Shown: in pieces, positions 40,823 to 51,053 of the stretch
How the letters are laid out: every line of letters begins with the position of its first letter
How positions within the stretch are numbered: position 1 is the first letter of the stretch
From: a virus
DNA: 64,000 nt
IMG/VR virus record: IMGVR_UViG_3300025096_003663
Span: 17,248 to 81,247 of that record
Reading direction: 5' to 3' (one strand)
Program-made: the position numbers and the translations under genes
Notes under the pieces: generated by a model
Told to the model about the DNA's origin: nothing
Database searches by the model: none
What the model saw: only the letters and a program-made list of their open reading frames with translations

Positions 40823-43059
40823 GTCACAGTAAAGTAGGTAAAAGGGCGGCATACATCAATAAATCGCTTCTAAGAATTTCTTCTTCTGATATACCAGATC
40901 CGATTAGAAAAATTCTTAAGAGGTATTACACCACAAAAGAGGAATCTATAAAATATGCTCAGGATTTATTTCCATCTCCGTATTTTAATTCAAGTGTGAA
41001 AGAAAACAGTCTAGATGTCGGACTAATAGCCTCCGTCCCCCTAGAAAGACTATACGAATTTGCTTCTGCCGTCAATACGACTGCTAGATTTTCGGACTAC
41101 TATTATCGGAAAGTGCTTCCTATGGATAAAGACACATTAGAAAAATCCAACAAAGTAGGCACCACAGACTATATCGATGTAAACTCTTATTATAGCTTTT
41201 ATGCTAAAATATATGAAAGTGTTCTCTCAAAAAACCCTACATTGCCAGAAAATATACTCCCCAGCTTTTATGCTCTATATGCTCAGGGGGTTTATGAGCA
41301 AGACAATGTAAAGCCTCTCAACAATATTGACTCAAACTTTAAATCCGATATCGCCGAGGGCTTCTTTTCTTCCTTAGCAGGCAATGAGAAAGTAAAGTCG
41401 AGATTTATGAAGTATTTCAACGACTATGGAACAGCCTTGTCTAATATGATATCTTCTGACAGCGAAAGTGCTACGACCCTCAGCAATCTGAGTCTAAATT
41501 ATTCAACCTATGTCTTTACTGAATCCAGTATTCCCCTCTTTACTTCCGAGGCAACAAAGGGAGAAATGTTTCCTATGTATAACAAGGTTTCTTTCTCTAC
41601 AGATACTAACACGGCATTTTCCAACATACTGAGAGAACTCAAGATCGAGAAAGAGCTTGTCCGAGAGATAGTTGGAACTGCTGAAGACGAGTTAGTTCCT
41701 TTTGGGCAGAGTATTGAAAAATATACCCCTTCAGACTCTGGACCTCCGAATCCTTCCGATGCCTTTAGTGATCAGAAGATGAAGATGTGGGATGTAAAAG
41801 AGTGGATTACTGATAAAATTTTTAACAGTGTGCCAACCGGAGTGGAGATAGGAGAAAAGGAAAAGTTGGTATCCGCTGCCGACGAGTCCATTCAAAAGTT
41901 GTTTACGAAAATGATTCTCTCCGCCCGGATAAATGATCTTTCTAAAAACAGACTTAGAACCTTGGAGGAGATGATGGACGGTAAGCCGTCATATTCTGAA
42001 GAAGTAATGTACAAGATAGAGAAATTTGATTATCTCGAAACAAAAAGCCCCACCGTTCAGAGGAATCCGATTGCTACATTCTACATACCGAATTCATCAA
42101 AGCTAGATGTTTGTAACTTCATCGATACTCAAGTTAAGTATGGGAAGCGATATAAGTATGTTGTTTATTCCTATGACCTGGTGATCGGCAGCGAGTATAG
42201 CTATCCTGATGCCTCTTCGAAGGATGGTAAAATCTTAAAGGTGACTGTGAAATATGACCCTAGCATTAAAATAATAGAAAACAAGATTTCCGAATTGGAT
42301 GAGGTAGTCGTAGTGGATCACCCTCCTATGGCTCCGGGTATCTCTTTTGTTCCATACCGAGAAATAAATAATAAGGTATTAATCAACCTAAACTCTTCGA
42401 CTGGAGATAGGCTTTTAGTGCCTGTGACTCTCGATAACTCAGATGTTGAGAAGTTTGAGTTGATTAAAAAGTCACAAAGAAGAATAGATGATAAAATTCG
42501 CTTTAAATCTGACGATATATCTGCTATATTTGAAGTGTACCGGACTACAGAGAAGCCTAAGAGCTATCAAGATTTCGCCGGCAAAAAATATACTGTCACA
42601 GGAGAACTATCTTCGGCAGCCGCTTTTAGAGATGATATAGAGCCTAATACGGACTATTATTATTCCTTTAGGACTAGGGATGTTCATGGCAATGTGTCGA
42701 ATCCGTCTGTTGTCTACAAAATCAAGATGGAAGATCTTGGGGATGGTCCCCACTTTCTAGATGTTGATGTGGTAGACTTCGAGGAAATGGACACTGCAGC
42801 CACCGGCAAAGAAGTAGTGAAGGCAATGAGAAGGTATGTTCAGATACTACCAACTGTCCCCCAAGGGCTACTTAATGTAAAGGAATCTGATTTGTTAGAT
42901 GTAAATACTGTCGATGGAGTGACTAGTGTAGTTCTTGGAGTAGCTGACGAATCATTATGGAATAAGAAATTTAAAATTAGATTTACATCTAAGAAGACAG
43001 GAAGAAAGGTTGATTTAGATGTAAATTTTGTTGTAGAACATAAACTAAAACAAACTTAA
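40819..43059 (+). CDS. Virion protein with Fn3-like C-terminal domains
   Basis: FIDTQVKYGKRYKY and FEVYR..F.D.IEPNTDYYY.FR..D.HGN.S.PS patterns. Confidence 0.65.
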   Translation: MSHSKVGKRAAYINKSLLRISSSDIPDPIRKILKRYYTTKEESIKYAQDLFPSPYFNSSVKENSLDVGLIASVPLERLYEFASAVNTTARFSDYYYRKVLPMDKDTLEKSNKVGTTDYIDVNSYYSFYAKIYESVLSKNPTLPENILPSFYALYAQGVYEQDNVKPLNNIDSNFKSDIAEGFFSSLAGNEKVKSRFMKYFNDYGTALSNMISSDSESATTLSNLSLNYSTYVFTESSIPLFTSEATKGEMFPMYNKVSFSTDTNTAFSNILRELKIEKELVREIVGTAEDELVPFGQSIEKYTPSDSGPPNPSDAFSDQKMKMWDVKEWITDKIFNSVPTGVEIGEKEKLVSAADESIQKLFTKMILSARINDLSKNRLRTLEEMMDGKPSYSEEVMYKIEKFDYLETKSPTVQRNPIATFYIPNSSKLDVCNFIDTQVKYGKRYKYVVYSYDLVIGSEYSYPDASSKDGKILKVTVKYDPSIKIIENKISELDEVVVVDHPPMAPGISFVPYREINNKVLINLNSSTGDRLLVPVTLDNSDVEKFELIKKSQRRIDDKIRFKSDDISAIFEVYRTTEKPKSYQDFAGKKYTVTGELSSAAAFRDDIEPNTDYYYSFRTRDVHGNVSNPSVVYKIKMEDLGDGPHFLDVDVVDFEEMDTAATGKEVVKAMRRYVQILPTVPQGLLNVKESDLLDVNTVDGVTSVVLGVADESLWNKKFKIRFTSKKTGRKVDLDVNFVVEHKLKQT

Positions 43060-43060
43060 T

Positions 43061-43068
43061 ACTATTTA
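43061..43068 (+). promoter_or_regulatory. Candidate late promoter ACTATTTA
   Basis: Intergenic; the same octamer occurs at 58658 and 60491. Confidence 0.6.
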
Positions 43069-43088
43069 TTACGATAGGAGTGAATAAA

Positions 43089-44027
43089 ATGGCTTTTTTG
43101 GATAATTCTGGAGATATTATATTAGATGCGGTGCTGACCGATACGGGCAGGCTCCGGCTAGCACGAGGCGACGGCTCGTTTAGAATAGCGAAGTTCGCAC
43201 TAGGCGACGACGAAATCGACTACGGGAAATACAACGCCAACAATCTAAGCGGCAGCGCCTACTACGATTTAGACATCCTCAAGACACCAGTCTTCGAGGC
43301 ATTCACAAACAATGCTTCAAACATGCAATCTAAACTAATCTCAATCGCTAGAACGAATTTATTGTATCTTCCGGTAATAAAGAAAAACACCCGAGATGCC
43401 TCAACAGCTATGTATTCCGACTCTGATGTCTCTAATTTATTTTTAGTTAGTGTCGATAATACAACCACTACAGCGATTAAGAATTGGGAACCAGATACTC
43501 AGGGCATTCTCTTCCCGACGGATAGTTCCAATGCCCATATTCGCTTAGATCAGGGGCTCGATACTGATCAGCTAACTGCTGCAAACCCTATCGACGCCGA
43601 TCTTAAAGAGACACAATATATCGTAGAGATGGATAATCGATTTGGATATCTACTGTCAAAGACGAACGAGAAAGCAGATATTTCCTTTGTTGATGATGAT
43701 AGCATAGCTAGTTATTTCCTATCCCAAGGGGTTGTTAGTAGCAACTTTATCAAGAATATGGAACCTAACAGTACGGACGGCAGCAATAAGGCAGGTTCCA
43801 GTTTGGCGGGACCGAGAGGAACGAAACTAACGACGAAGATTCGGGCATCTACCGATCTTTCTTCCACAACATTCTTGTTCTCCAAGCTTGGCTCGACAAT
43901 GACTCTCCCGACTGGAACGGGTGGTTCGGCTGAAACTTATCTTACCATAGATACTGTACTAAAAGTTACCGGGGCAACTACAGGATACAAAATTGATGTG
44001 CCCGTTAGGTACATTAAAAAGCAATAG
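43089..44027 (+). CDS. Conserved large-myovirus structural protein
   Basis: MAFLDNSGDIILDAVLTDTGR..LARG..F.I.KFALGDDEIDY; AGGAG SD favours ATG 43089. Confidence 0.7.
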   Translation: MAFLDNSGDIILDAVLTDTGRLRLARGDGSFRIAKFALGDDEIDYGKYNANNLSGSAYYDLDILKTPVFEAFTNNASNMQSKLISIARTNLLYLPVIKKNTRDASTAMYSDSDVSNLFLVSVDNTTTTAIKNWEPDTQGILFPTDSSNAHIRLDQGLDTDQLTAANPIDADLKETQYIVEMDNRFGYLLSKTNEKADISFVDDDSIASYFLSQGVVSSNFIKNMEPNSTDGSNKAGSSLAGPRGTKLTTKIRASTDLSSTTFLFSKLGSTMTLPTGTGGSAETYLTIDTVLKVTGATTGYKIDVPVRYIKKQ

Positions 44028-44037
44028 AGGTTAAATA

Positions 44038-45078
44038 ATGGCAACAGTTTATAAAACATTTCTCAATAACGATGTCGCTTCGACACGAACTTTACTACAC
44101 GAATCGGTCCCGGTCACGGGCACCATCGTCTCAGGCACATACGCCGACACTAACATCAAGAACTACTCCCACGGACTCTTCCAGTCTGTGTATGACTATC
44201 CATACCTTAGTTCGTCAGCGAATCACATCTTTGATATCACATGCGGATACTCTAGCACTTCTCCATTATCCGCCTCCGCTGTAACAGACGGTGTTGCTGC
44301 TAGCGACATTAAAGACAAAATCAATATGTACAACCAGATGGCTCAAGTTCTAGTAGGGCACGATGTCGAAGGAAATATCCAAGAGTTCGATCAGGACGGA
44401 GATATTTCAGGCGGCGGCACTAAGATGAAAGAAGCCTATGTTCTAAACTTCGCTCGCCTCTTGACAAAAGACGAAATAAAGAAGGGCTCGTTTTCTCTCA
44501 AGGTTGCCACAGGCTCGGCAAACGATCCGGTTGACTTCGCAGACTTGCTGACGATATCTGACTACGGAGCGGAAAACGATTATCGAGTAAACTCACCAGC
44601 AGCAGAATATGGAATTCTGTATACATCATCTGCTACTCCAAGCTCAGACTCTGGGGTTGGACTGCTGTATTATCAAGCTGGAGTTGCTGTGCTTACAGCA
44701 TCACTTTTCGACGGTGCCCTGCTGGCTGACTCTGAAACATATACTGGCTCTCTCTCGGCATCCAACATTCAGTCTAATGCTGATGCTATTCGAGCCAGGA
44801 TCTACGATGTGGCATACAATAATACGACAGAACTAAACTCATCAGTTTATTTTTGCCGAGTGAATCACAACGAGTTTAACTATAGTGCTAATCCTACATA
44901 CCTGAGCAGCAGTAAGATCGTAGTGAAAGACCAAGCCACGGATGCTCCTGTTTCGTATACGACTACTGTCGGACTGTATTCTGCCGATAATGAACTTTTA
45001 GCAGTCGCGAAAGTTTCGGAGCCTCTTAAGAAGGATCCGACGAATGAGCTGATTCTTCGGGTAAGACTAGATTACTAG
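44038..45078 (+). CDS. Tail/baseplate structural protein
   Basis: C-terminal FNYSANPTY..TTVGLY..NELLAVAK..P.KK..RLDY motif. Confidence 0.7.
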   Translation: MATVYKTFLNNDVASTRTLLHESVPVTGTIVSGTYADTNIKNYSHGLFQSVYDYPYLSSSANHIFDITCGYSSTSPLSASAVTDGVAASDIKDKINMYNQMAQVLVGHDVEGNIQEFDQDGDISGGGTKMKEAYVLNFARLLTKDEIKKGSFSLKVATGSANDPVDFADLLTISDYGAENDYRVNSPAAEYGILYTSSATPSSDSGVGLLYYQAGVAVLTASLFDGALLADSETYTGSLSASNIQSNADAIRARIYDVAYNNTTELNSSVYFCRVNHNEFNYSANPTYLSSSKIVVKDQATDAPVSYTTTVGLYSADNELLAVAKVSEPLKKDPTNELILRVRLDY

Positions 45079-45089
45079 AAACATGAATT

Positions 45090-46208
45090 ATGTCGTTTTA
45101 CAAATTCGATCCTAGCGATATTCTCTACAACAGGATAAGAACTTATCCTCGGGTCCACTTTGATATTCACACGGGCTCGATATATTATAACGAGAATGTC
45201 AACAAGTTTGGAACCCCAAACGGAAATGTATCACTCCAGGAGCTAGCTACACTGAAAGCATCTGGGGGAGACTATTATACTTTCGTTACGAAGGATAGTG
45301 GACTTGCAGCTTTCAATACTGTATCCACCACGGCTTTTAACGGACTGAGTTTTGGCGATGTGATTACTTCGTCTCTCCCACAAACAGCTTCGATCTCTAT
45401 TGAATACCACGAAGAGGGAGACAGTCGCCTTCACATTGATGCTCTGAGAACTCACACGGACAACTATACTTACCTAAGCAATCATTATGCTTTTAGTTCC
45501 TCTTTAGGAGATAAGGACACACAATCGCTAACATTGGTGAGCTTCCCGTCCATTTTCTACGGCTCATCTATCAAGAAGGGGAGTGTAGATTTAAAATTTT
45601 ATATCACTGGAACACTGATCGGGCAACTTAGAGATGAATACGAAAACGGCGAACTTATACAAGTTGGTCCGCCTGGTAGCACGGGGTCGGGGAGTGTTGC
45701 CGGTGTAGCATACTACGGAGAGGGGCTTCTCCTCCTCACGGGAAGCTGGAACATCACAGAAGAGTCTCAAGATTTTTATGACGGACTGGATTATCCAAAG
45801 TGGAAGTATTTTGCCTCGCCAGGAATTCCGCCATTCCCAGAAACAGAATCAACGAATTATTCGATTGATCTCAGCGGCACGAACTATGTTCCAGTGGTTA
45901 CAATGTTGGCTCATGCTAAAAAGGCTCATCTAAACCACTCGAACAATCCCACGGTCATTACTTATGGACAAGCTAATACCAGAGACACTGGAACTCTTGG
46001 GTTTTATGAGCGAACGGACTTAGATATTAAAAATGTAGCCAAATACCCGTATAATGAAGATACGGGCTCTTTTAAGAAAGAAACATATGTCTCCAAAATT
46101 GGAATATACGACGAAAACAGAAACTTGATTGGGATTGCAAAACTGGCAACCCCAGTAAGAAAAAGAGAAAATGATAACTTCACTTTCAAAATGAAAATGG
46201 ATTTTTAG
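45090..46208 (+). CDS. Tail/baseplate structural protein, paralogue of 44038..45078
   Basis: IKKGS, NHSNNPT and YVSKIGIYD..NLIGIAKLATPVRK..KMDF motifs shared with the upstream gene. Confidence 0.7.
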   Translation: MSFYKFDPSDILYNRIRTYPRVHFDIHTGSIYYNENVNKFGTPNGNVSLQELATLKASGGDYYTFVTKDSGLAAFNTVSTTAFNGLSFGDVITSSLPQTASISIEYHEEGDSRLHIDALRTHTDNYTYLSNHYAFSSSLGDKDTQSLTLVSFPSIFYGSSIKKGSVDLKFYITGTLIGQLRDEYENGELIQVGPPGSTGSGSVAGVAYYGEGLLLLTGSWNITEESQDFYDGLDYPKWKYFASPGIPPFPETESTNYSIDLSGTNYVPVVTMLAHAKKAHLNHSNNPTVITYGQANTRDTGTLGFYERTDLDIKNVAKYPYNEDTGSFKKETYVSKIGIYDENRNLIGIAKLATPVRKRENDNFTFKMKMDF

Positions 46209-46726
46209 TGTTATTAGGATTAGATATTTCAACAAGCATCACGGGATTATGTGTTCTGGATGCTAGCGGCACCATTGTTCACTCTGACTATATTGATATG
46301 AGAAAAGAGAAATCTTTTTACGAAAAAGTGAAGAAGGCAAAAGACATCATTGCCGCCACAATAAAAGAGCATAACATAAAAGAAGTCTGGATAGAACAAT
46401 CTCTCCAGGCTTTCCGTCCCGGATTGAGCTCGGCGAAAACCCTGCTTACGCTGGCTAAGTTCAACGGCATCTTGTCGTGGACAATTTGGGAATCAGGAAT
46501 CGAGCCAAATTATGTTGGAGCGAGCACAGCAAGAAAATCTTGTGGGATCAAAGTCCCGAGAGGAGAGAAGGCAAAAAATGTTGTAGTGAACTTTTTACTT
46601 GACAACGAGCCCTGTTTTGAGGTAGAATATACAAAGTTCGGAAATGTCAAACAACATTTTTTTGATATTGCCGATGCTATCATAGTAGCGAAAGCAGGTT
46701 TTACATGTCACACGAAGAAAAGCTAG
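46208..46726 (+). CDS. ruvC: RuvC-like Holliday junction resolvase
   Basis: LGLDIST..TG, VWIE and DIADA catalytic acidic motifs. Confidence 0.85.
   Translation: MLLGLDISTSITGLCVLDASGTIVHSDYIDMRKEKSFYEKVKKAKDIIAATIKEHNIKEVWIEQSLQAFRPGLSSAKTLLTLAKFNGILSWTIWESGIEPNYVGASTARKSCGIKVPRGEKAKNVVVNFLLDNEPCFEVEYTKFGNVKQHFFDIADAIIVAKAGFTCHTKKS
46599..46628 (+). promoter_or_regulatory. Sigma70-type promoter inside ruvC, upstream of primase
   Basis: TTGACA-N18-TAGAAT. Confidence 0.55.
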
Positions 46727-47658
46727 ACACCCTCAAGAATGTCTTGTCTTTCTCTCACAGAATCAAGGGTGAACATCTTTTCTACTGCCCATACTGTAAT
46801 CATCACAATCCAAAGCTGTCGGTAAATATAGACAAGAATGTTTATAAATGCTGGGTTTGTGATACAAGGGGAAAAGATATATGGAGAATTGTTAGGAAGT
46901 TTGGAGACTTCAGAGATAAGAGAACTTGGAGATCTTTCTCCGAAGAAATCGACTATTCTGAAACAAACATATTCGAAGCCTTGTTTGGAGAAAAGGAAGA
47001 GGAACAAGAGGAGAAGCTAACTTTACCAGAGGAGTTCATTCCGCTATCGAACAAGAAAAATCCAATCAGTGCTAGGGCACCCTTGAAATATCTCGCCGAC
47101 AGAGGTATAGGAAAGAAAGAAATAATAAACTGGAAGATCGGCTATTGTTCGAGGGGAGAATATGGCGGAAGGATTGTGTTCCCATCTTTCGATAAGAGCG
47201 GTAATGTCAATTATTTTGTTGCTAGAACTTATGGAGACGACTGGGTAAAATATAGGAATCCCCCAGCAACTCGAAATGTTATTTTCAACGAACTTTTTGT
47301 GGACTGGAAAGAGAGAGTATTCTTGGTTGAGGGAATCTTTGATGCAATCTTTCTTGGCACGAATGCCATCCCAATCCTTGGTTCTACTATGAATGAAGAT
47401 TCCAAGCTGTTTAAGAAAATAATAAATAACGATACTGCTGTTTATATGGCTCTCGATGATGATGCCGAAAAGAAATCTATGAGGATAATAGAGAGCCTGA
47501 TTTCTCACGGAACTGAGGTTTATAAGGTAGATACATCAGGCTTTGAAGATATTGCTGAGATGCCGAAAAAAACACTTGACAAAAGAATTAAAAGTGCTAA
47601 AATGATAACTAACGAAGATTTTCTAAGTCGGAAGATCCGTTCGATTGTTGGAGTATAA
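46705..47658 (+). CDS. DNA primase (Zn finger plus TOPRIM)
   Basis: CPYCNH..CWVC, RIVFP, LVEGIFDA and ALDDDA motifs. Confidence 0.92.
   Translation: MSHEEKLDTLKNVLSFSHRIKGEHLFYCPYCNHHNPKLSVNIDKNVYKCWVCDTRGKDIWRIVRKFGDFRDKRTWRSFSEEIDYSETNIFEALFGEKEEEQEEKLTLPEEFIPLSNKKNPISARAPLKYLADRGIGKKEIINWKIGYCSRGEYGGRIVFPSFDKSGNVNYFVARTYGDDWVKYRNPPATRNVIFNELFVDWKERVFLVEGIFDAIFLGTNAIPILGSTMNEDSKLFKKIINNDTAVYMALDDDAEKKSMRIIESLISHGTEVYKVDTSGFEDIAEMPKKTLDKRIKSAKMITNEDFLSRKIRSIVGV
47576..47603 (+). promoter_or_regulatory. Sigma70-type promoter inside primase, upstream of Mre11-Rad50
   Basis: TTGACA-N16-TAAAAT with TGn extension. Confidence 0.55.
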
Positions 47659-50600
47659 ATGAGAATAGCTCACATTTCTGATACACACATCAGGAACTAT
47701 GACAGGCAAGACCAATACAAGGCGATATTTAAATCGCTCTATAAGTCTGTGAGAGAAAATAAGATAGAGTATATTATCCACACTGGAGATATCGCTCACA
47801 AGAAGACGAGCATCTCGCCAGAGTATGTAGAGATATGTTCAGACTTTCTCAGGAACCTTGAAAGTGTCGCTCCCACATATGTTATTTTAGGTAACCACGA
47901 TGGTAACCTTAGAAACTCGGACAGACAAGATGCACTGACACCGATTGTGGATGCCCTCCGTCTTGAGAACTTGTTTCTTCTCAAGAACTCGGGAGAATAT
48001 TCCGTCAACGAGGAACTTACTTTAAATGTTCTTTCTGTCTTCGACACAGACAATTGGGTAAAAACACCAACGGATGATAGCAAGATAAACATAGCCCTCT
48101 ACCACGGTGGTATCAGAGGCTCCCAGACAGACATAGGCTGGGATATTAAAGTCGATCACGACACGGGCATCTTCAGCCCTTTCGATTATGCGATGCTGGG
48201 CGACATTCATAAGTCCAACCAAATTCTAGACTCTGAGGGTAGAATCCGGTATGCGGGTAGCACAATCCAGCAAGATCATGGAGAAGCCCCGGACAAAGGA
48301 TACTTGATTTGGGATATTAAGAGCAAGGAAGAGTTTAATGTTGAACATATTATCCTTCCAGATCCAAACCCCCACTTGGATATCATACTTACTCCTTCTG
48401 GCGAACTTCCGGAAGATGTGAATATCCCAGAAGGAGCCAGAGCGAGAATTATTGCAGAAAAGTCGATAGGAACATCCCAGCAAAAGAAGCTGCTAGATGT
48501 TGTTAGGAAGCGCTTCTCTCCCCAGAGAGTTACTTTTAAAAATAAGAATGTCGGTGAGTCTGCTAGAGATGAAATAGTTTCCGAGCTAGATATTGGAGAT
48601 CTTAAGTCTCTTGATGTCCAAGAGAAGCTTATCAGAGAATATCTAAAGGACTACAATGCCTCTTCAGATGTTATGAGTGAGATTATCGAATTGAATGCTA
48701 GGATGAATGCTATTTCGGAAGCAGAAGATACGACTCTACGAAATGTCAATTGGAGTGTAAATACTCTTCGCTGGGATAACTTATTTAACTACGGAGAGGG
48801 CAATAAGATTGATTTCACTGCTCTAAGCGGGATTATAGGAATCTTTGGGAAAAACTATTCAGGAAAGTCCAGTGTCATTGACAGCCTCTTGTTTACACTA
48901 GAGAACAGCACATCTAAGAGTAGTGTCAAGAATGTTGATATCATAAATCAGAACAAGAAGTTCGCCCAATCCAACCTCTCTCTTACGATTGGTAATGTGA
49001 AATACTTGATCGAGAGAAAGATGGAGAAATATGTCAAAAAGCTCAAGGGCAAACAAACCGACGAAGCTAAAATGACACTCGATTTCTCCTCAAAGAATGT
49101 TGTAACCGGCGAAGAGCGAAACCTAAATGGCGAAACGAGAGGAGATACTGACAACAATATTCGAAGAATTTTCGGGAATAAAGATGACTTCATGACGACA
49201 AGCTTCAGCTCTCAGATGGACTCTCTTCAATTTATCAATCAAGGCTCTGTCGATAGAAAAAAGAGTTTGAGTAAGTTTCTGGGACTTGATCTGTTCGAGC
49301 GAAGGTATAAGATAACAAAAGAAGAGTCTTCTGACACGAGCGGTGCACTGAAGCAGCACGAGAATATTGACTATGATGAGAGCATCTCTAGCGAGAAGCA
49401 GAGTCTCTCTGTTGCTTCGAAAGAGTTGTCAGCACAAAAGCGCACCTGCACTTCCCTGAAAGGAAAGCTTCAAAAAGCACTAGGTGGTGTAAACGATATA
49501 GAAATAAAGATTGCTTCCTATCCAAAGCTGGATATCAATATTGATAAGAACAGAAAAGATATGGAAATAGCGAAAGCGACACATGAATCCCTAAAATCCA
49601 GCAAAGCTGAAAAAGAAGCCATGGCGAACAAAAACAGGTCTTATTTAGATAAGATTGATAGCTTTGTTTCATCTTGTTCTTACGAAGATTTGCGAGCAGA
49701 AAAAGATTCAATACAATCTATTGACACAGATCTGTCACTACTGTTGGTTGAGCACCAGCGAGTAGAAGGGCAAAAGAATAACCTGAGACAAAAGATTTCA
49801 CTACTTAGCGAAGTCCCTTGTGGCGACAAATTTCCTGGATGTAAATTTTTACACGATGCAGTAAAATCGCAGGGAGAAATCTCCGGGGTCGATAATGAGT
49901 TGGTATCTCTAACTAAGAAGACCGACAGCTTGAAAGAGCAATTCAGATCCATAGACAGAGACAAGGTGTTTTCTAAAATAGAGAAGTATGAAAAGATATT
50001 GAAAAATAAGGCAGAGGTAGAAAAAGAAAATAACACCCTCTTGCTGGAATTAGAGCGAAAAACTTCTAACATAAAAGAGTGCCTACGGAATATTGATGAT
50101 CTGGAGAAGGCAGAGAAAGAGTATCTCGAAAACGAGAAAGACTGCAAGCTCGTCGCCTCCCTGCTAAAGAAAAAGGAAACAGCAAAGCAACAAGTGGTAG
50201 GTATTCAAGACAGTTTGGAAGAGTGTGAGAATGACATTTTTAAACTTATTGCCAACAAGAGTAGCTACGAAGAGAGAATCTCTCTCCTCAAAGAACAGAA
50301 AAAGAAGTACGAAGATTTGAAGACACAAAATGTTGCCTACGAATTGCTAAAGAGTTGTATGGATCCAAACGGCATCAGTTCAGATATTATCAAAAAATAT
50401 CTTCCTGTCATTAATGAGGAGATCAACAAGGTTCTTATTTCCGTTGTGCCGTTTGAAGTCTTCTTTGAGCTTCAGGAGCGAAAGCTCGATATTTATATCA
50501 GGCATCCCAAATATGAGCCCCGAGTAATAGAGATGGCAAGTGGTGCCGAGAAGACACTGGCTGCCATGGCAATTCGATTAGCACTCACGAAAGTGGGCAC

Positions 50601-50808
50601 TCTTCCGAAGAGCGATATTTTCATACTAGATGAGCCAGCAACAGATTTAGACTCGGAAAATATGGAAGGCTTCTTATCAATACTAGAAATGTTAAAATCC
50701 CAGTTTAAGACCATTATACTTATCTCACATCTAGATACTCTAAAAGAATGTGTTGACGACGAGATTATTATAGATAAGAAAAATGGTTTCGCTAGTGTAA
50801 ACATTTAG
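47659..50808 (+). CDS. Fused Mre11/SbcD nuclease - Rad50/SbcC ATPase (T4 gp47-gp46 equivalent)
   Basis: SDTH, GD, GNHD, HG and GDIH phosphoesterase motifs; GKNYSGKS, SGAE, ILDEP and ISH ABC motifs; coiled coil with a central Cys pair. Confidence 0.93.
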   Translation: MRIAHISDTHIRNYDRQDQYKAIFKSLYKSVRENKIEYIIHTGDIAHKKTSISPEYVEICSDFLRNLESVAPTYVILGNHDGNLRNSDRQDALTPIVDALRLENLFLLKNSGEYSVNEELTLNVLSVFDTDNWVKTPTDDSKINIALYHGGIRGSQTDIGWDIKVDHDTGIFSPFDYAMLGDIHKSNQILDSEGRIRYAGSTIQQDHGEAPDKGYLIWDIKSKEEFNVEHIILPDPNPHLDIILTPSGELPEDVNIPEGARARIIAEKSIGTSQQKKLLDVVRKRFSPQRVTFKNKNVGESARDEIVSELDIGDLKSLDVQEKLIREYLKDYNASSDVMSEIIELNARMNAISEAEDTTLRNVNWSVNTLRWDNLFNYGEGNKIDFTALSGIIGIFGKNYSGKSSVIDSLLFTLENSTSKSSVKNVDIINQNKKFAQSNLSLTIGNVKYLIERKMEKYVKKLKGKQTDEAKMTLDFSSKNVVTGEERNLNGETRGDTDNNIRRIFGNKDDFMTTSFSSQMDSLQFINQGSVDRKKSLSKFLGLDLFERRYKITKEESSDTSGALKQHENIDYDESISSEKQSLSVASKELSAQKRTCTSLKGKLQKALGGVNDIEIKIASYPKLDINIDKNRKDMEIAKATHESLKSSKAEKEAMANKNRSYLDKIDSFVSSCSYEDLRAEKDSIQSIDTDLSLLLVEHQRVEGQKNNLRQKISLLSEVPCGDKFPGCKFLHDAVKSQGEISGVDNELVSLTKKTDSLKEQFRSIDRDKVFSKIEKYEKILKNKAEVEKENNTLLLELERKTSNIKECLRNIDDLEKAEKEYLENEKDCKLVASLLKKKETAKQQVVGIQDSLEECENDIFKLIANKSSYEERISLLKEQKKKYEDLKTQNVAYELLKSCMDPNGISSDIIKKYLPVINEEINKVLISVVPFEVFFELQERKLDIYIRHPKYEPRVIEMASGAEKTLAAMAIRLALTKVGTLPKSDIFILDEPATDLDSENMEGFLSILEMLKSQFKTIILISHLDTLKECVDDEIIIDKKNGFASVNI

Positions 50809-50819
50809 GAGGATATCTA

Positions 50820-51053
50820 ATGACTGAAAAGGAAAATATAATATCAGAAAGCGATGTAAGCAAGAGCACCGGCATAATCGATATGGGACTAGCCAAGCTG
50901 ACGAGTAGAAAGCTTCTTGTGTGGACTACAGCGACTGTAGCACTGTTTATGAACATAGTCCCACCAGAGGAATGGCTCCAAGTTTGCTTGCTTTATATAG
51001 GCTCTCAGGCAGCCGTAGATATGATTGTTGCCTTTAGGAACTCAGGACGATGA
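50820..51053 (+). CDS. Putative holin
   Basis: 77 aa, SRKLL followed by two hydrophobic helices; strong SD. Confidence 0.55.
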   Translation: MTEKENIISESDVSKSTGIIDMGLAKLTSRKLLVWTTATVALFMNIVPPEEWLQVCLLYIGSQAAVDMIVAFRNSGR

